Source: Candidatus Aminicenantes bacterium
GTDB taxonomy: Bacteria > Acidobacteriota > Aminicenantia > Aminicenantales > JAFGBC01
NCBI GenBank assembly: GCA_963702005.1
Contig: OY969696.1
Location: forward strand, 2,304,001 to 2,368,000
Length of the DNA: 64,000 nucleotides
Direction: 5' to 3'
The stretch's first letter is position 1. Each line of letters opens with the position of its first letter. This document shows positions 20,009-29,198 of this stretch, piece after piece. The notes below the pieces were generated by a model. The model was not told where the DNA came from and did not search any database. It saw nothing but the letters and a program-made list of their open reading frames with translations. Position numbers and translations under genes: made by a program.

Positions 20009-21172
20009 ATGTCCGCGAAGATCCTGATTCTCTGCGCGCGCCTGAATAGGGCCGAGCGAGAAAAGGCGCTTCTAAGCCGATTGCTGGGCGAGCCGCTTGA
20101 TTGGCCCGGCTTGATCCGGAGCGCCGTCGCTGACGGCGTCGCCGTTCTGGCTTATCGGGCCTTTAAAGAATACCAGGACCGCGTCCCGCGCGAAGCCCTC
20201 GAACAACTCAAGGGCTTCTACTACGGCAACGCGGCCCGCTATCTCCGTCTCCGAGCGTCCCTCGGACCGCTTATCCGTGAACTCTCCAGCCGCGGCTTCA
20301 GGTTTGCGTTCACCAAGGGCATCCGGCTGGCCGGGTCCGTTTACGAGGATTTCGCCCTCCGCCCGTTCACGGATATCGATCTCCTCGTCCATCCCCGGGA
20401 CGGCGCCCGGATCGAGGCCGCCCTGGGCGAGCTCGGCTTCAAGCTCGAAGGGGAGGGTGGGGCAGGACTTGCCAAGGAGAAGCAGCTCGTCCTCCGGACC
20501 TACTCGCCCTATTTCCGCAGAGACGAACTCCTCCTCGAAGTCCACTACGACGCCCTCGGCCTTCAGATCCCGCTCGCTTCCGAGGAAGATGTCTGGGCCG
20601 GAGTCCGCGACATCGAGATCGGAGGCTTCCGGATTCCTGTTTTATCGACCGAGGACGAGCTCTGTCATCTCTGCCTCCACGTCATGGAACATTCCTACAG
20701 CCGGCTCATCTGGCTGACCGACATCGCCGAGCTCGTTTCGCGGCACGGCCTGGACTGGGATAAGCTCAAAGCGACCTGCCGGCGCGAGGGCATCGGCGCT
20801 CCGGTCTATTACGGGCTTTTCTTGGCCGATCGGCTCTGGCCCGGTGCCATTCCCCGGGAGGCGCTGGGCGGTTTGCGGCCGGGTCCCGTTCAACGCGGGA
20901 TTCTTGAATTGTTCTGGCCCGTGACGAAGGTCCGCGCCCGCCGTCTCTCCCTCCTATTCCCGTTCTTCATGCCGACCTTTTTCGCGCTCATCGGCCGGAA
21001 GGATCCCGGCCTTCTCATCCGGACGGTCCTTCGCACTCTGTTCCCTCCGCGCGCCTGGGTCGCCCATTACTATGGGACCGGCCTCGGAACCCTGCGGCTC
21101 GCCGGGCATTACCTTTGGCGGATCCAGAGGCCTTTCGTCCTGGTCGCCCGCCGTTTGCTTCGTTTCGGCTGA
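20009..21172 (+). CDS. Nucleotidyltransferase family protein (NTP_transf_5-like)
   Basis: KG..LA..VY....LRPFTDIDLLV, LEVH, L.WLTDI. Confidence 0.8.
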   Translation: MSAKILILCARLNRAEREKALLSRLLGEPLDWPGLIRSAVADGVAVLAYRAFKEYQDRVPREALEQLKGFYYGNAARYLRLRASLGPLIRELSSRGFRFAFTKGIRLAGSVYEDFALRPFTDIDLLVHPRDGARIEAALGELGFKLEGEGGAGLAKEKQLVLRTYSPYFRRDELLLEVHYDALGLQIPLASEEDVWAGVRDIEIGGFRIPVLSTEDELCHLCLHVMEHSYSRLIWLTDIAELVSRHGLDWDKLKATCRREGIGAPVYYGLFLADRLWPGAIPREALGGLRPGPVQRGILELFWPVTKVRARRLSLLFPFFMPTFFALIGRKDPGLLIRTVLRTLFPPRAWVAHYYGTGLGTLRLAGHYLWRIQRPFVLVARRLLRFG

Positions 21173-21247
21173 GTCTTTCCACCTGAGACGTCCGTTTTAC
21201 TTTAGCCGGGGGAATCTGGTAGCATGGGCCGAGGAGAGAATTCCGGC

Positions 21248-21832
21248 ATGCGGCGGATCGGACGAATAAGCTGTCTCGTCGTCTTGGCGGCGGGCGTCGG
21301 GCTCCGGGCCGGAGGGCAGACCGCCGCCGGCCCAAGGGCCGAGTTGACCGCCGACGCCCTTAAGGTATTCCAAGCCCTCGCCACGATCGAAGCGGCCGAT
21401 CCTCCGGCCGCCGGCTCGCTGAGGCGGATCACGGTCAGCGAAGGGGAGCTCAACGCCTATATCGCCTTCCGGATCGCCGACGAGAAAGAACAGATGATGA
21501 AGGAGCTGCGCCTGAAGCTCCTGGACGAGCAGAAGCTGGAGGGAAAGCTGGTTCTTGACCTGCGCGGCAGCAAGATCTCGAGCCTGCTGCCGGAAACGGC
21601 GACCTTCTTTTTCGCGGCGCGGCTCGAGGCCGCCGACGGGAGGGCCCGGCTTCGCTTCGATAAACTCTTCTTGGAGCAGCAACCGATCCAGCCCGCCGTC
21701 ATCGACCTCATTCTTCTTTTCGCCGCCCGCAAGGACAATACCATTCCCTCCAGCCTGGGCGATTGGATCGAGCTCCCTTTGGGAATCCGCGAACTGCGGA
21801 TAGCTAAGGAGAGCCTGACGGCCACCTATTGA
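21248..21832 (+). CDS. Exported hypothetical protein
   Basis: Signal peptide; coding-like ORF upstream of rsmD. Confidence 0.55.
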   Translation: MRRIGRISCLVVLAAGVGLRAGGQTAAGPRAELTADALKVFQALATIEAADPPAAGSLRRITVSEGELNAYIAFRIADEKEQMMKELRLKLLDEQKLEGKLVLDLRGSKISSLLPETATFFFAARLEAADGRARLRFDKLFLEQQPIQPAVIDLILLFAARKDNTIPSSLGDWIELPLGIRELRIAKESLTATY

Positions 21833-21853
21833 AGGACGAGGACGAGACCGGCC

Positions 21854-22405
21854 ATGATCCGTATCATCAGCGGGACGTATAAAGGCAAGCGGCTCAAGCG
21901 CGTCCCCAGCCCCCTCGTCCGTCCCATGCCGGACAAGCTCAAGGAGTCCCTGTTTAGCATTCTCAAAGAAACGGTCAGGGGAAGGGCTTTCTTGGACGCC
22001 TTCGCCGGGACCGGATCGGTCGGGATCGAGGCTTTGAGCCGGGGGGCGGACAAGGCCGTTTTCATCGAGGAGTATCCCCGGGCCGTCCGCATCATCAAGG
22101 AGAACTTGGCCAAAGTCGGGGCCGAGGATCGGGCCCTGGTCGTGGCGCGGGAGTACAACCGGGCCGTCATCGAGCTGGCCAAGGACGGATTCCTGTTCGA
22201 CCTCGTCTTTCTCGACCCGCCCTACAAGCTTCTCGATGAGCGGGATCCGCTCAAGGTCCTCCGCAAGCGGGGTATCGTCCGGCCGGGCGGAACCGTCATC
22301 CTCAGGCACCATTTCAAGACGAAGCCGCCCCTCGGGGATTTTCCGCTGGTGCGGGCGGTCACCCTCGGCGACGACACCTTGTCGTTTTTCCTGCCCGGCA
22401 AATAA
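21854..22405 (+). CDS. rsmD: 16S rRNA m2G966 methyltransferase
   Basis: RIISG..KG, LDAFAGTGSVGIEALSRGA, FLDPPY. Confidence 0.92.
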   Translation: MIRIISGTYKGKRLKRVPSPLVRPMPDKLKESLFSILKETVRGRAFLDAFAGTGSVGIEALSRGADKAVFIEEYPRAVRIIKENLAKVGAEDRALVVAREYNRAVIELAKDGFLFDLVFLDPPYKLLDERDPLKVLRKRGIVRPGGTVILRHHFKTKPPLGDFPLVRAVTLGDDTLSFFLPGK

Positions 22406-23206
22406 TTCTGGGGACACACGACTTAATTGCCCTTAGGACCCGGCTTTTTCTTAGCGATTATTCGCTCCGTAAGGGCTTCCAACTTACGGATAAAAGCATC
22501 ATCTCCCAAAGGTCTACCCGTTCGAAAATGTTTCCTCAATTCATCATTCTCAGATGGCACTTCTTTTCTAAGAAATGAAGCCCAATCAGAGATCCGTTGT
22601 GTTAGATGAAAATCCGCTAAGATGGGATCTTCTCTTCCGAATATGTGTGAACGGGCGCTTGACCAAGCGTAGTCTTCTGCATACCTAACGATTCCCGCCC
22701 TGACGGGGTTTCTTTCCACATATCGGACAGCTGCATAGAGGTACGGTTCATCGAGTGGACATGAATAGAACCGTCCTTGCCATAAATATCCGTTCCATCC
22801 CTCTCTCTTGTTGATCCTATTTGAATATTCCTGATGGGTTTGACCGATTCCCTGGGCAAGGCTTTTAGGGTTGGAAGGGACGATAATCAAATGTACATGG
22901 TTGTTCATTAGACAAAAAGCCCAGATTTTGATTCCGTTCAATGCGCTCTGTTTTTTCAAGATCTCTAAGTACGCCCCTTTATCATGCTCCGAAAAAAAGG
23001 TTGTTTGCCTACGGTTGCCTCGCTGGACGACATGATGGGGGATGTTTGGGATGACAATGCGGGCCAGCCTAGCCATCGGCGTTCAGAAAAAATCAACTTT
23101 GGTTTTAAATTCTCTCATGATAAAGACGCTTAGAAAAACCAGAAATCATCATGGGATTGCAGCTTCGAGATTCCAAATAATTAAGTCGTGTGTCCCCAGA
23201 ATTATT
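22401..23206 (-). mobile_element. RAYT-like HUH element bounded by perfect 28-bp inverted repeats
   Basis: AATAATTCTGGGGACACACGACTTAATT at 22401-22428 and its exact reverse complement at 23179-23206; interior AT-richer than flanks. Confidence 0.75.
22423..23076 (-). CDS. REP-associated tyrosine (Y1 HUH) transposase
   Basis: MARLAR..PHHVVQRGN, HUH motif NHVHL, LWQGRF, YVERNPVRAG, WSS. Confidence 0.9.
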   Translation of the reverse strand: MARLARIVIPNIPHHVVQRGNRRQTTFFSEHDKGAYLEILKKQSALNGIKIWAFCLMNNHVHLIIVPSNPKSLAQGIGQTHQEYSNRINKREGWNGYLWQGRFYSCPLDEPYLYAAVRYVERNPVRAGIVRYAEDYAWSSARSHIFGREDPILADFHLTQRISDWASFLRKEVPSENDELRKHFRTGRPLGDDAFIRKLEALTERIIAKKKPGPKGN

Positions 23207-23280
23207 CCAGGGGGGGTTGCGGAGGCGGGCCGTTTCGCTTACAATGGCGCTCAGGCTTTTTTGAGGGAACGCGAGTCCAA

Positions 23281-24156
23281 GTGGCAAAAAAGGCAAAGAA
23301 GACGTCTAAGGTGAAGCCGTTCTGGGAGGAAACGCCTCTCGTCGGCGAGACCGAGCTCTTCAGCCACCTGGCTGAGGAGAAGGGGAGCGCTCTGTTCCTG
23401 GGGCGCTATTCGCTGTCCGAAGTCATCGCCGTCCTGGGGAAAAGGAACTTCCTTCGCGAAGCCCGCAAGCGGAAGCTTTGGCCTCTCGCCTTCAACCTGG
23501 ATTCCTCGGCTTACCCTCTTCAGCGTTTCCAGATTTATTATAAAGACAAGACTCCCCGGAATCTCATCGTCGACCTCAAGATCCGGGAAGGCTTGTTTCG
23601 GCCGGCCGGGGGCATCCTCCTGGGCCGGCCTTTCCCCGAGCAGAAATGCCTCATGTTCGAATGGCTGACCCTCCAGAACCCGGTCCAGGACTTCGGTCTT
23701 CAGAAGACCGCCCTGCCCGGTCAGCTTCATCCCGGGCTCAACATCGGGAAGAAGGTCATGGACCTGTTCGTCTACCTGGCCAGGGTCACCGGCAAGGATG
23801 CCCTGATGGCATTCCCGGCCTATTTCCACAACTCGCTTCTTTTCTCGCGCTACTTCACTTTCGTCAATCCGGAGAAGCAGGCCGAGGTCTTGGCCATCCG
23901 GCGGACGTTCCACGACATCCCCTGGAAGCAGCTGGCTTGGATCGTCCATCTCAACTGCCTCCTCCGCCAGGACGGCACGCCCTACGAGTGGAAGGCCGAG
24001 GAACAGATCTTGCCCCTGAGCCGCTTCCTCAAGGATCTGTTTGATTCCCGGGATTATCGGGACGCCGTCCGCAGGGCCCTTCCCGAGTTCCGGTTCACGA
24101 TCGATTGGGAGGCTTTTTACCGTAAATCCTCCGAGATCGGCCCCGCCTCGGATTAG
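23281..24156 (+). CDS. Hypothetical protein
   Basis: Long GC3-rich ORF; upstream TTGCGG-N17-TACAAT promoter. Confidence 0.65.
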   Translation: MAKKAKKTSKVKPFWEETPLVGETELFSHLAEEKGSALFLGRYSLSEVIAVLGKRNFLREARKRKLWPLAFNLDSSAYPLQRFQIYYKDKTPRNLIVDLKIREGLFRPAGGILLGRPFPEQKCLMFEWLTLQNPVQDFGLQKTALPGQLHPGLNIGKKVMDLFVYLARVTGKDALMAFPAYFHNSLLFSRYFTFVNPEKQAEVLAIRRTFHDIPWKQLAWIVHLNCLLRQDGTPYEWKAEEQILPLSRFLKDLFDSRDYRDAVRRALPEFRFTIDWEAFYRKSSEIGPASD

Positions 24157-24234
24157 TCCTTGTTCGAGGCCCGCTTTGTCATTAGGCGGGGAATTTGCTA
24201 TAATACCGCCTCCTGACAGAGGAGTGAGACCAAG

Positions 24235-24444
24235 ATGAAGAAGAATGTCCATCCCGAATACGGCGAGTGCCTGGTCGTCTGCGCCTGCGGAAATACCTTC
24301 AAGACCCGCTCGACCAAGAAAGAGATCCGGGTCGAGATCTGCTCCCAGTGCCATCCTTTCTTCACCGGCAAGCAGAAGTTCATCGACAGCGCCGGCCGCG
24401 TCGAGAAGTTCAGGAAGAAGTACGGTGAGACCAAGACGAAGTAA
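24235..24444 (+). CDS. rpmE: 50S ribosomal protein L31 (Zn-binding type)
   Basis: [30 protein letters not shown]. Confidence 0.97.
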   Translation: MKKNVHPEYGECLVVCACGNTFKTRSTKKEIRVEICSQCHPFFTGKQKFIDSAGRVEKFRKKYGETKTK

Positions 24445-24449
24445 GCGCG

Positions 24450-25547
24450 ATGCTCGACGAGCTGGCTGGTCTTGAGGAGAAGTACCGTCGTCTGATTCTA
24501 TCCCTGTCCGACCCCGCCTTCCTGTCCGATCCTAAAAAGCTCAAGGACCTCTCCAAGCAACGGGCCGAGCTCGAGCCCCTCGTTCGTAAGTACGCGGACC
24601 TGAAGCGGATCCGGAAGAGCTTGACCGAATCCCGGGACATCGCCGCCGACCCCCAGGCCGATCCCGACCTCCGGAAACTCGCCCAGGCGGAGCTTGACGA
24701 ATTGGCCGCCCGCGAGGAACGGATCCGCGAGGAGCTCCGGGTCCTTCTCCTCCCCACGGACCCCCTCGACGAAAAAGACGTCCTGCTCGAGGTCCGGGCC
24801 GGGGCCGGCGGCGACGAGGCCTCCCTGTTCGCCCAGGACCTGGTCCGTATGTACAGCCGCTTCGCCGAGACCAAGGGCTGGAAGTTCGAGATCGTCGAGA
24901 CAAGCCAGTCCCCGATCGGGGGTTTCAAGGAAGCGATCGCCCTCATTAAGGGGAAGAAGGTTTACTCCATCCTCAAGTACGAGAGCGGCGTCCACCGCGT
25001 CCAGCGCGTCCCTAAGACCGAAGCCAGCGGCCGGATCCACACTTCGACGGTGACGGTCGCCGTCCTCCCCGAAGCCGACGAGGTCGACGTCAAGATCGAT
25101 CCCAACGACCTCAGGATCGAGGCGTTCGGGGCCTCGGGGCCGGGCGGCCAGAACGTCAACCGGAACTATACGGCCATCCGCGTCACCCATAAACCGTCCG
25201 GGCTCGTCGTGTCTTGCCAGGACGAAAAATCCCAACACCGGAACAAAGAAAAGGCCTTCAAGATCCTCCGCTCCCGGCTCCTGGACATCGCCCAGCGCAG
25301 GCAGCAGGAGGAGATCGCCGAAAACCGGAAGTCCCAGGTTGGGACCGGAGAGCGGAGCGAGAAGATCCGAACCTACAACTTCGCCCAGTCCCGGGTTACC
25401 GACCACCGCCTCATCCGAAGCTGGCATAACCTTGAGGCCGTCCTCGACGGCGACCTGGAAGAGATCATCAAAGCCCTCGTCCTTTTCCACCACGCTCAAC
25501 AGCTGGGTAAGAAGCCCGGGTCCTCCTCCCGGGAGCTCGGTCTTTAG
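24450..25547 (+). CDS. prfA: Peptide chain release factor 1
   Basis: ESGVHRVQRVPKT (PxT), GGQ motif; rpmE-prfA-prmC synteny. Confidence 0.95.
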   Translation: MLDELAGLEEKYRRLILSLSDPAFLSDPKKLKDLSKQRAELEPLVRKYADLKRIRKSLTESRDIAADPQADPDLRKLAQAELDELAAREERIREELRVLLLPTDPLDEKDVLLEVRAGAGGDEASLFAQDLVRMYSRFAETKGWKFEIVETSQSPIGGFKEAIALIKGKKVYSILKYESGVHRVQRVPKTEASGRIHTSTVTVAVLPEADEVDVKIDPNDLRIEAFGASGPGGQNVNRNYTAIRVTHKPSGLVVSCQDEKSQHRNKEKAFKILRSRLLDIAQRRQQEEIAENRKSQVGTGERSEKIRTYNFAQSRVTDHRLIRSWHNLEAVLDGDLEEIIKALVLFHHAQQLGKKPGSSSRELGL

Positions 25548-26393
25548 TTGGGAACGATCCGGGACCTCCATCGCGCGGGAGCCTTGCTCCTGACGGGTTT
25601 GGAAACCCCCTCCTTGGACGCGAAGGTCCTGCTTCTCCATGCGGCCGGCCTGACCGAGGAGGCTTTCCATACGCGTCCCGAGACCGTCATCCCTCAGCGG
25701 GCGGCCGGTCGTTTCCGCAGGCTCGTCGCCCGGCGCCGCCGGGGCGTCCCTTTGGCTTACCTGACCGGGATCCGGGAATTCTGGTCGCTCCCCCTCGAGG
25801 TCCGGCCGGGCGTCCTCATCCCTCGTCCCGAGACCGAGCTCGTCGTGGAGACCGTCCTGGCCTTGTCGGCGAGACCGGACGAGGTCATCGCCGATATCGG
25901 GACGGGCAGCGGGGCCATCGCCCTGGCCCTGGCCGCGGAGCGTCCTAAGGCCCGGATCGTCGCTGTGGATCTTTCCCGCCGGGCCCTCCGGGTCGCGCGC
26001 CGGAACGCCCGCCGTCTCGGGCACGCCGATATCGTCTTCCTGCGGGGCGATCTTTTCGCCCCCGTGGCGAGACGCGGCCTTCGCGCATACTGCGATTTCG
26101 TCGTGTCAAACCCGCCCTACCTTTCGAGCGCCGATTGGGAGGGGCTCTCTCGGGACGTCCGGGACCATGAGCCGGCGCGAGCCCTCCTGGCCGGGCCAAG
26201 CGGGCTCGAAGTCATCGAACGGATCGTGGAGGAGGCTCCGGCTTATCTAAAGCCCGGCGGCCATCTCGTCATCGAAATTGGCGCGGGCCAAGCGGAGTGC
26301 GTCCTCAAGCTGTTCGGGCCGGTCTGGGCCGGGGCCGCTTGCCGCCAGGACCTAACCGGGATCCCCCGAGTCGTAACGGCCCGCCGCTTCTGA
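25548..26393 (+). CDS. prmC: Release factor glutamine methyltransferase
   Basis: VLIPRPETE, DIGTGSGAI, SNPPY. Confidence 0.95.
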   Translation: MGTIRDLHRAGALLLTGLETPSLDAKVLLLHAAGLTEEAFHTRPETVIPQRAAGRFRRLVARRRRGVPLAYLTGIREFWSLPLEVRPGVLIPRPETELVVETVLALSARPDEVIADIGTGSGAIALALAAERPKARIVAVDLSRRALRVARRNARRLGHADIVFLRGDLFAPVARRGLRAYCDFVVSNPPYLSSADWEGLSRDVRDHEPARALLAGPSGLEVIERIVEEAPAYLKPGGHLVIEIGAGQAECVLKLFGPVWAGAACRQDLTGIPRVVTARRF

Positions 26394-26431
26394 CCGAGAA
26401 AGAGTCGCGATAGGACAAAGACAGGTTCTTC

Positions 26432-27571
26432 TTAGGCCTTGAGGTCCTGGAAGAAGTCCATGCAGGTCAGGATGCTCGTCGTCTCGTAGCGGATTTTCTC
26501 CCATTCTCCCAGCTCGAGCGAAGAGAAGGCGTCCACGATGACCGGGTCGAACTGACTGCCGCAGGCCTTCTGGATCTCCCGCCGGGCGGCCTTGAAGTCG
26601 CGGGGCTTACGGTAGGGCCGGTGGGAGGTGATGGCGTCCAAGGCATCGGCCAGGGCGAATATTCGGGCCTCGAGCGGGATGATGTCTTTCTTGAGGCCGC
26701 TCGGATAGCCTCCGCCGTCATAACGCTCGTGATGGTGGAGGATGATGTTTCCGATTTCCTGGACGAGCTTGATCTCCCGGATCAATCCGAAGCCCAGGGC
26801 CGGGTGGAGGCGGATCTTCTCCCATTCGTCGCCGTTGAGCGAACCGGGCTTTTTAAGGATGATGTCGGGGATGGCGATCTTGCCGATGTCGTGGAGGAGG
26901 GCGCCTTTTCGGATGTGGTCGAGGGCCATCTTGTCCTGGATGCCGAGGATTCCGGCCAGGACTTGGCTGTATTTGGCGACCGTCTGGGAATGGCCGAAGG
27001 TCTCGACGTCCCGGAGGTCGAGGGCCGTCATCAGATTCTCGATGGTCGTGTCGTAGACCTCCTCGAGTTCGATGGCTTTATGCAGGTTCCGGGATTCCTC
27101 GGCCTTGAGCTTGCGGAGGCGCTTTTTGAGGTCTTCGAGCTTCTCCTGGAGCTCCCTTTTCTGAAGGACGGCCAGCGCGGCGGAGACGATGTGGAGATCG
27201 TTGTCGGGGCAGGCCACGGCGTCGATGACGCCCTCCCTGAAGAGACGGAGGGCGAGCGGATTGTCGCTCTTCTCGGCGAGGAGGAGGACGTTCAAACGGG
27301 AATAGGACCTCCTGAGGGCCTGGACCGTCCGAAGCCTATCGTTGCTGAACAGCTGGACGTCGGCGACCAGGAGGTCGAGACCGTCCCGCAAGTAGGGGTC
27401 GAGCTTGAGGGCGGGGAAAGCGGAAAGGGCGTGGACCTCTGCTCCGAGACGGCTGAGCGTTCGGGCCAGCGTTTGCCTTCGCTCGGGATCCCGCTCGACG
27501 ACCAGGAACTTCTTGGGGCTCAGTGGAGCTTCCATCCCGTCTTTTATACCGTTTTTATCCGAGATTTTCAA
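26432..27571 (-). CDS. Receiver-like + HD-GYP phosphodiesterase
   Basis: LHDIGK, HHERYDGGGYP; degenerate REC domain; start may be ATG at 27535. Confidence 0.88.
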   Translation of the reverse strand: MKISDKNGIKDGMEAPLSPKKFLVVERDPERRQTLARTLSRLGAEVHALSAFPALKLDPYLRDGLDLLVADVQLFSNDRLRTVQALRRSYSRLNVLLLAEKSDNPLALRLFREGVIDAVACPDNDLHIVSAALAVLQKRELQEKLEDLKKRLRKLKAEESRNLHKAIELEEVYDTTIENLMTALDLRDVETFGHSQTVAKYSQVLAGILGIQDKMALDHIRKGALLHDIGKIAIPDIILKKPGSLNGDEWEKIRLHPALGFGLIREIKLVQEIGNIILHHHERYDGGGYPSGLKKDIIPLEARIFALADALDAITSHRPYRKPRDFKAARREIQKACGSQFDPVIVDAFSSLELGEWEKIRYETTSILTCMDFFQDLKA

Positions 27572-27776
27572 GGTGTTCCTTCCCGGGAAGGGGAACGGCC
27601 GGACGGGCGATTAGTCGTTATGGGTGAGGAAAGAGGCCTAAAAATCCCCCCGGCTATCGTCGGGAAAGGCGATTGTGCCCCCAGGGCTTCTGTCGGATAG
27701 TAGAAACGGATTCTGCGGGCTTTTTGGTTTGACTCCCCAAGGGGGGAGGTATCTGAAATCTGGGGAGAATTTGTCG

Positions 27777-29072
27777 ATGGCCGATGAGAAAGGACGGTAC
27801 AGGGATCCGACGGCCGTCCTCAAGGAAATCGAGGAAGAAATCGAGCGGCTCAAGTCCGGCCGCAAAGAACAGATCGAGAAAAAGCTCCAGGAGAAAATTC
27901 TCCGCGAACGGAAGGAAGCCGCCGACGAAATCTCCCGGGTCGACAAGGAATACGAGCGAGACCGGGAGGGATTCGTCAAGTATGAGACCGTCATCGCCGA
28001 TTACGATAAGGCCCGGGCCGAGCTCCAGGGGCGGATCCAGGAACATCTGAAAAGGGTCGAGCAGTGCCGGGCCGAAGTCGCCAAGTCGGCCCTGGCCGCC
28101 GCGACCAGCCTTCGCGAGGTCGACCGTCAAAACAAGAAGTACCGCGACCTCCGCCAGGCCGTCGAGGAGAGGGTGGCCCTTCTCAAGAAAGGCATCGGCG
28201 AAAAATTCAACATCAACGTCCAGCTTCCGGGGCGTCAGGATTCGGATGAAATCAAGCTCGACATCGAGCGGGAGATCGTCTGGTTCGATCGAGTCATCAA
28301 TGATCTGGAAGGGAAATTTAGTGTCCACGCGGAGGTGAAACCCGGGGCGAGGCCCGAGCCGAGACCGGAACTCAGGCCGGAGCCAAAGCCCGAGCCGAGA
28401 CCCGAGTCAAGGCCGGTGGTCAAGCCGGCGTCTCCCGCCGCTCCCGTCGTTCAGTTCCCCGAGCTTCAAGATCTCATCGACGCCCCCCCGCTCAAGAAAA
28501 GCGAACCGGCCCGGAACGACGTCAAGAAGCCTGCACCCGCCCCTCCGCCCGCCGCAGCGCCCGATAAGGCGGCCAAAACTGCCAAGGCCGTCCATGATGC
28601 CTTGAAGCAATACATGAGGTTTGATCCGACCGACCACGCCGGAGAGATGCGTTATTTCCAGAAGGACGACAAGGTCATTTTGGACGGCGAATTCATCGTT
28701 GCGTCCATCAACGACAGTCTCGAGGCGACCCGCGTCCTCTACGAGAGGATCGGTCAGACGAAGGCCTCCAAGGACCAGTTCTTCCTCAAGCAGGAGATCG
28801 TCAACCGTCAGGAAGCCCTGCGCAAGGTCATCCTGCGCGGCGTCCGGATGTGCGAAAACGAGGACTGCCAGCTTCCGGCTTTTACCCTCGATATCATGAA
28901 CGTGGCCATCCTCAAAAATATCCTGGAGATGCTCAACGTCGGGAACTGGAGCACCGAGGAGGACTTTCGCTATTTCGTCCGCTACGCCGACCGGGTCAAG
29001 GCCGCCTTCTCCACCCGGATCACGCCGGCCGCCATCTACTTCGCCGCCGTCCTCTCCGAGCTCGAGTCGTAG
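27777..29072 (+). CDS. Hypothetical coiled-coil protein with Pro-rich linker
   Basis: Coiled-coil N-terminus, (RPEP)n linker, globular C-terminus. Confidence 0.65.
   Translation: MADEKGRYRDPTAVLKEIEEEIERLKSGRKEQIEKKLQEKILRERKEAADEISRVDKEYERDREGFVKYETVIADYDKARAELQGRIQEHLKRVEQCRAEVAKSALAAATSLREVDRQNKKYRDLRQAVEERVALLKKGIGEKFNINVQLPGRQDSDEIKLDIEREIVWFDRVINDLEGKFSVHAEVKPGARPEPRPELRPEPKPEPRPESRPVVKPASPAAPVVQFPELQDLIDAPPLKKSEPARNDVKKPAPAPPPAAAPDKAAKTAKAVHDALKQYMRFDPTDHAGEMRYFQKDDKVILDGEFIVASINDSLEATRVLYERIGQTKASKDQFFLKQEIVNRQEALRKVILRGVRMCENEDCQLPAFTLDIMNVAILKNILEMLNVGNWSTEEDFRYFVRYADRVKAAFSTRITPAAIYFAAVLSELES
28349..28415 (+). repeat. 12-bp coding tandem repeat (about 5 RPEP-like units)
   Basis: RPEPRPELRPEPKPEPRPESRP. 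Confidence 0.7.
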
Positions 29073-29198
29073 GGGATAGGGTCGCTTCGGCCTTTTCGGC
29101 CGCATCCCAATTTATAGGTTTTTTAAATGATAATTTTGATATTGTCTTGGGAGCTGTGATATATTTTTTGTTCAGCTAATAAACATGAGGAGGACCCG

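Noticed and set aside
20009-21172. Lasso peptide cluster suggested by the nucleotidyltransferase
   Set aside because: No lasso cyclase, B1/B2 proteins or precursor nearby.
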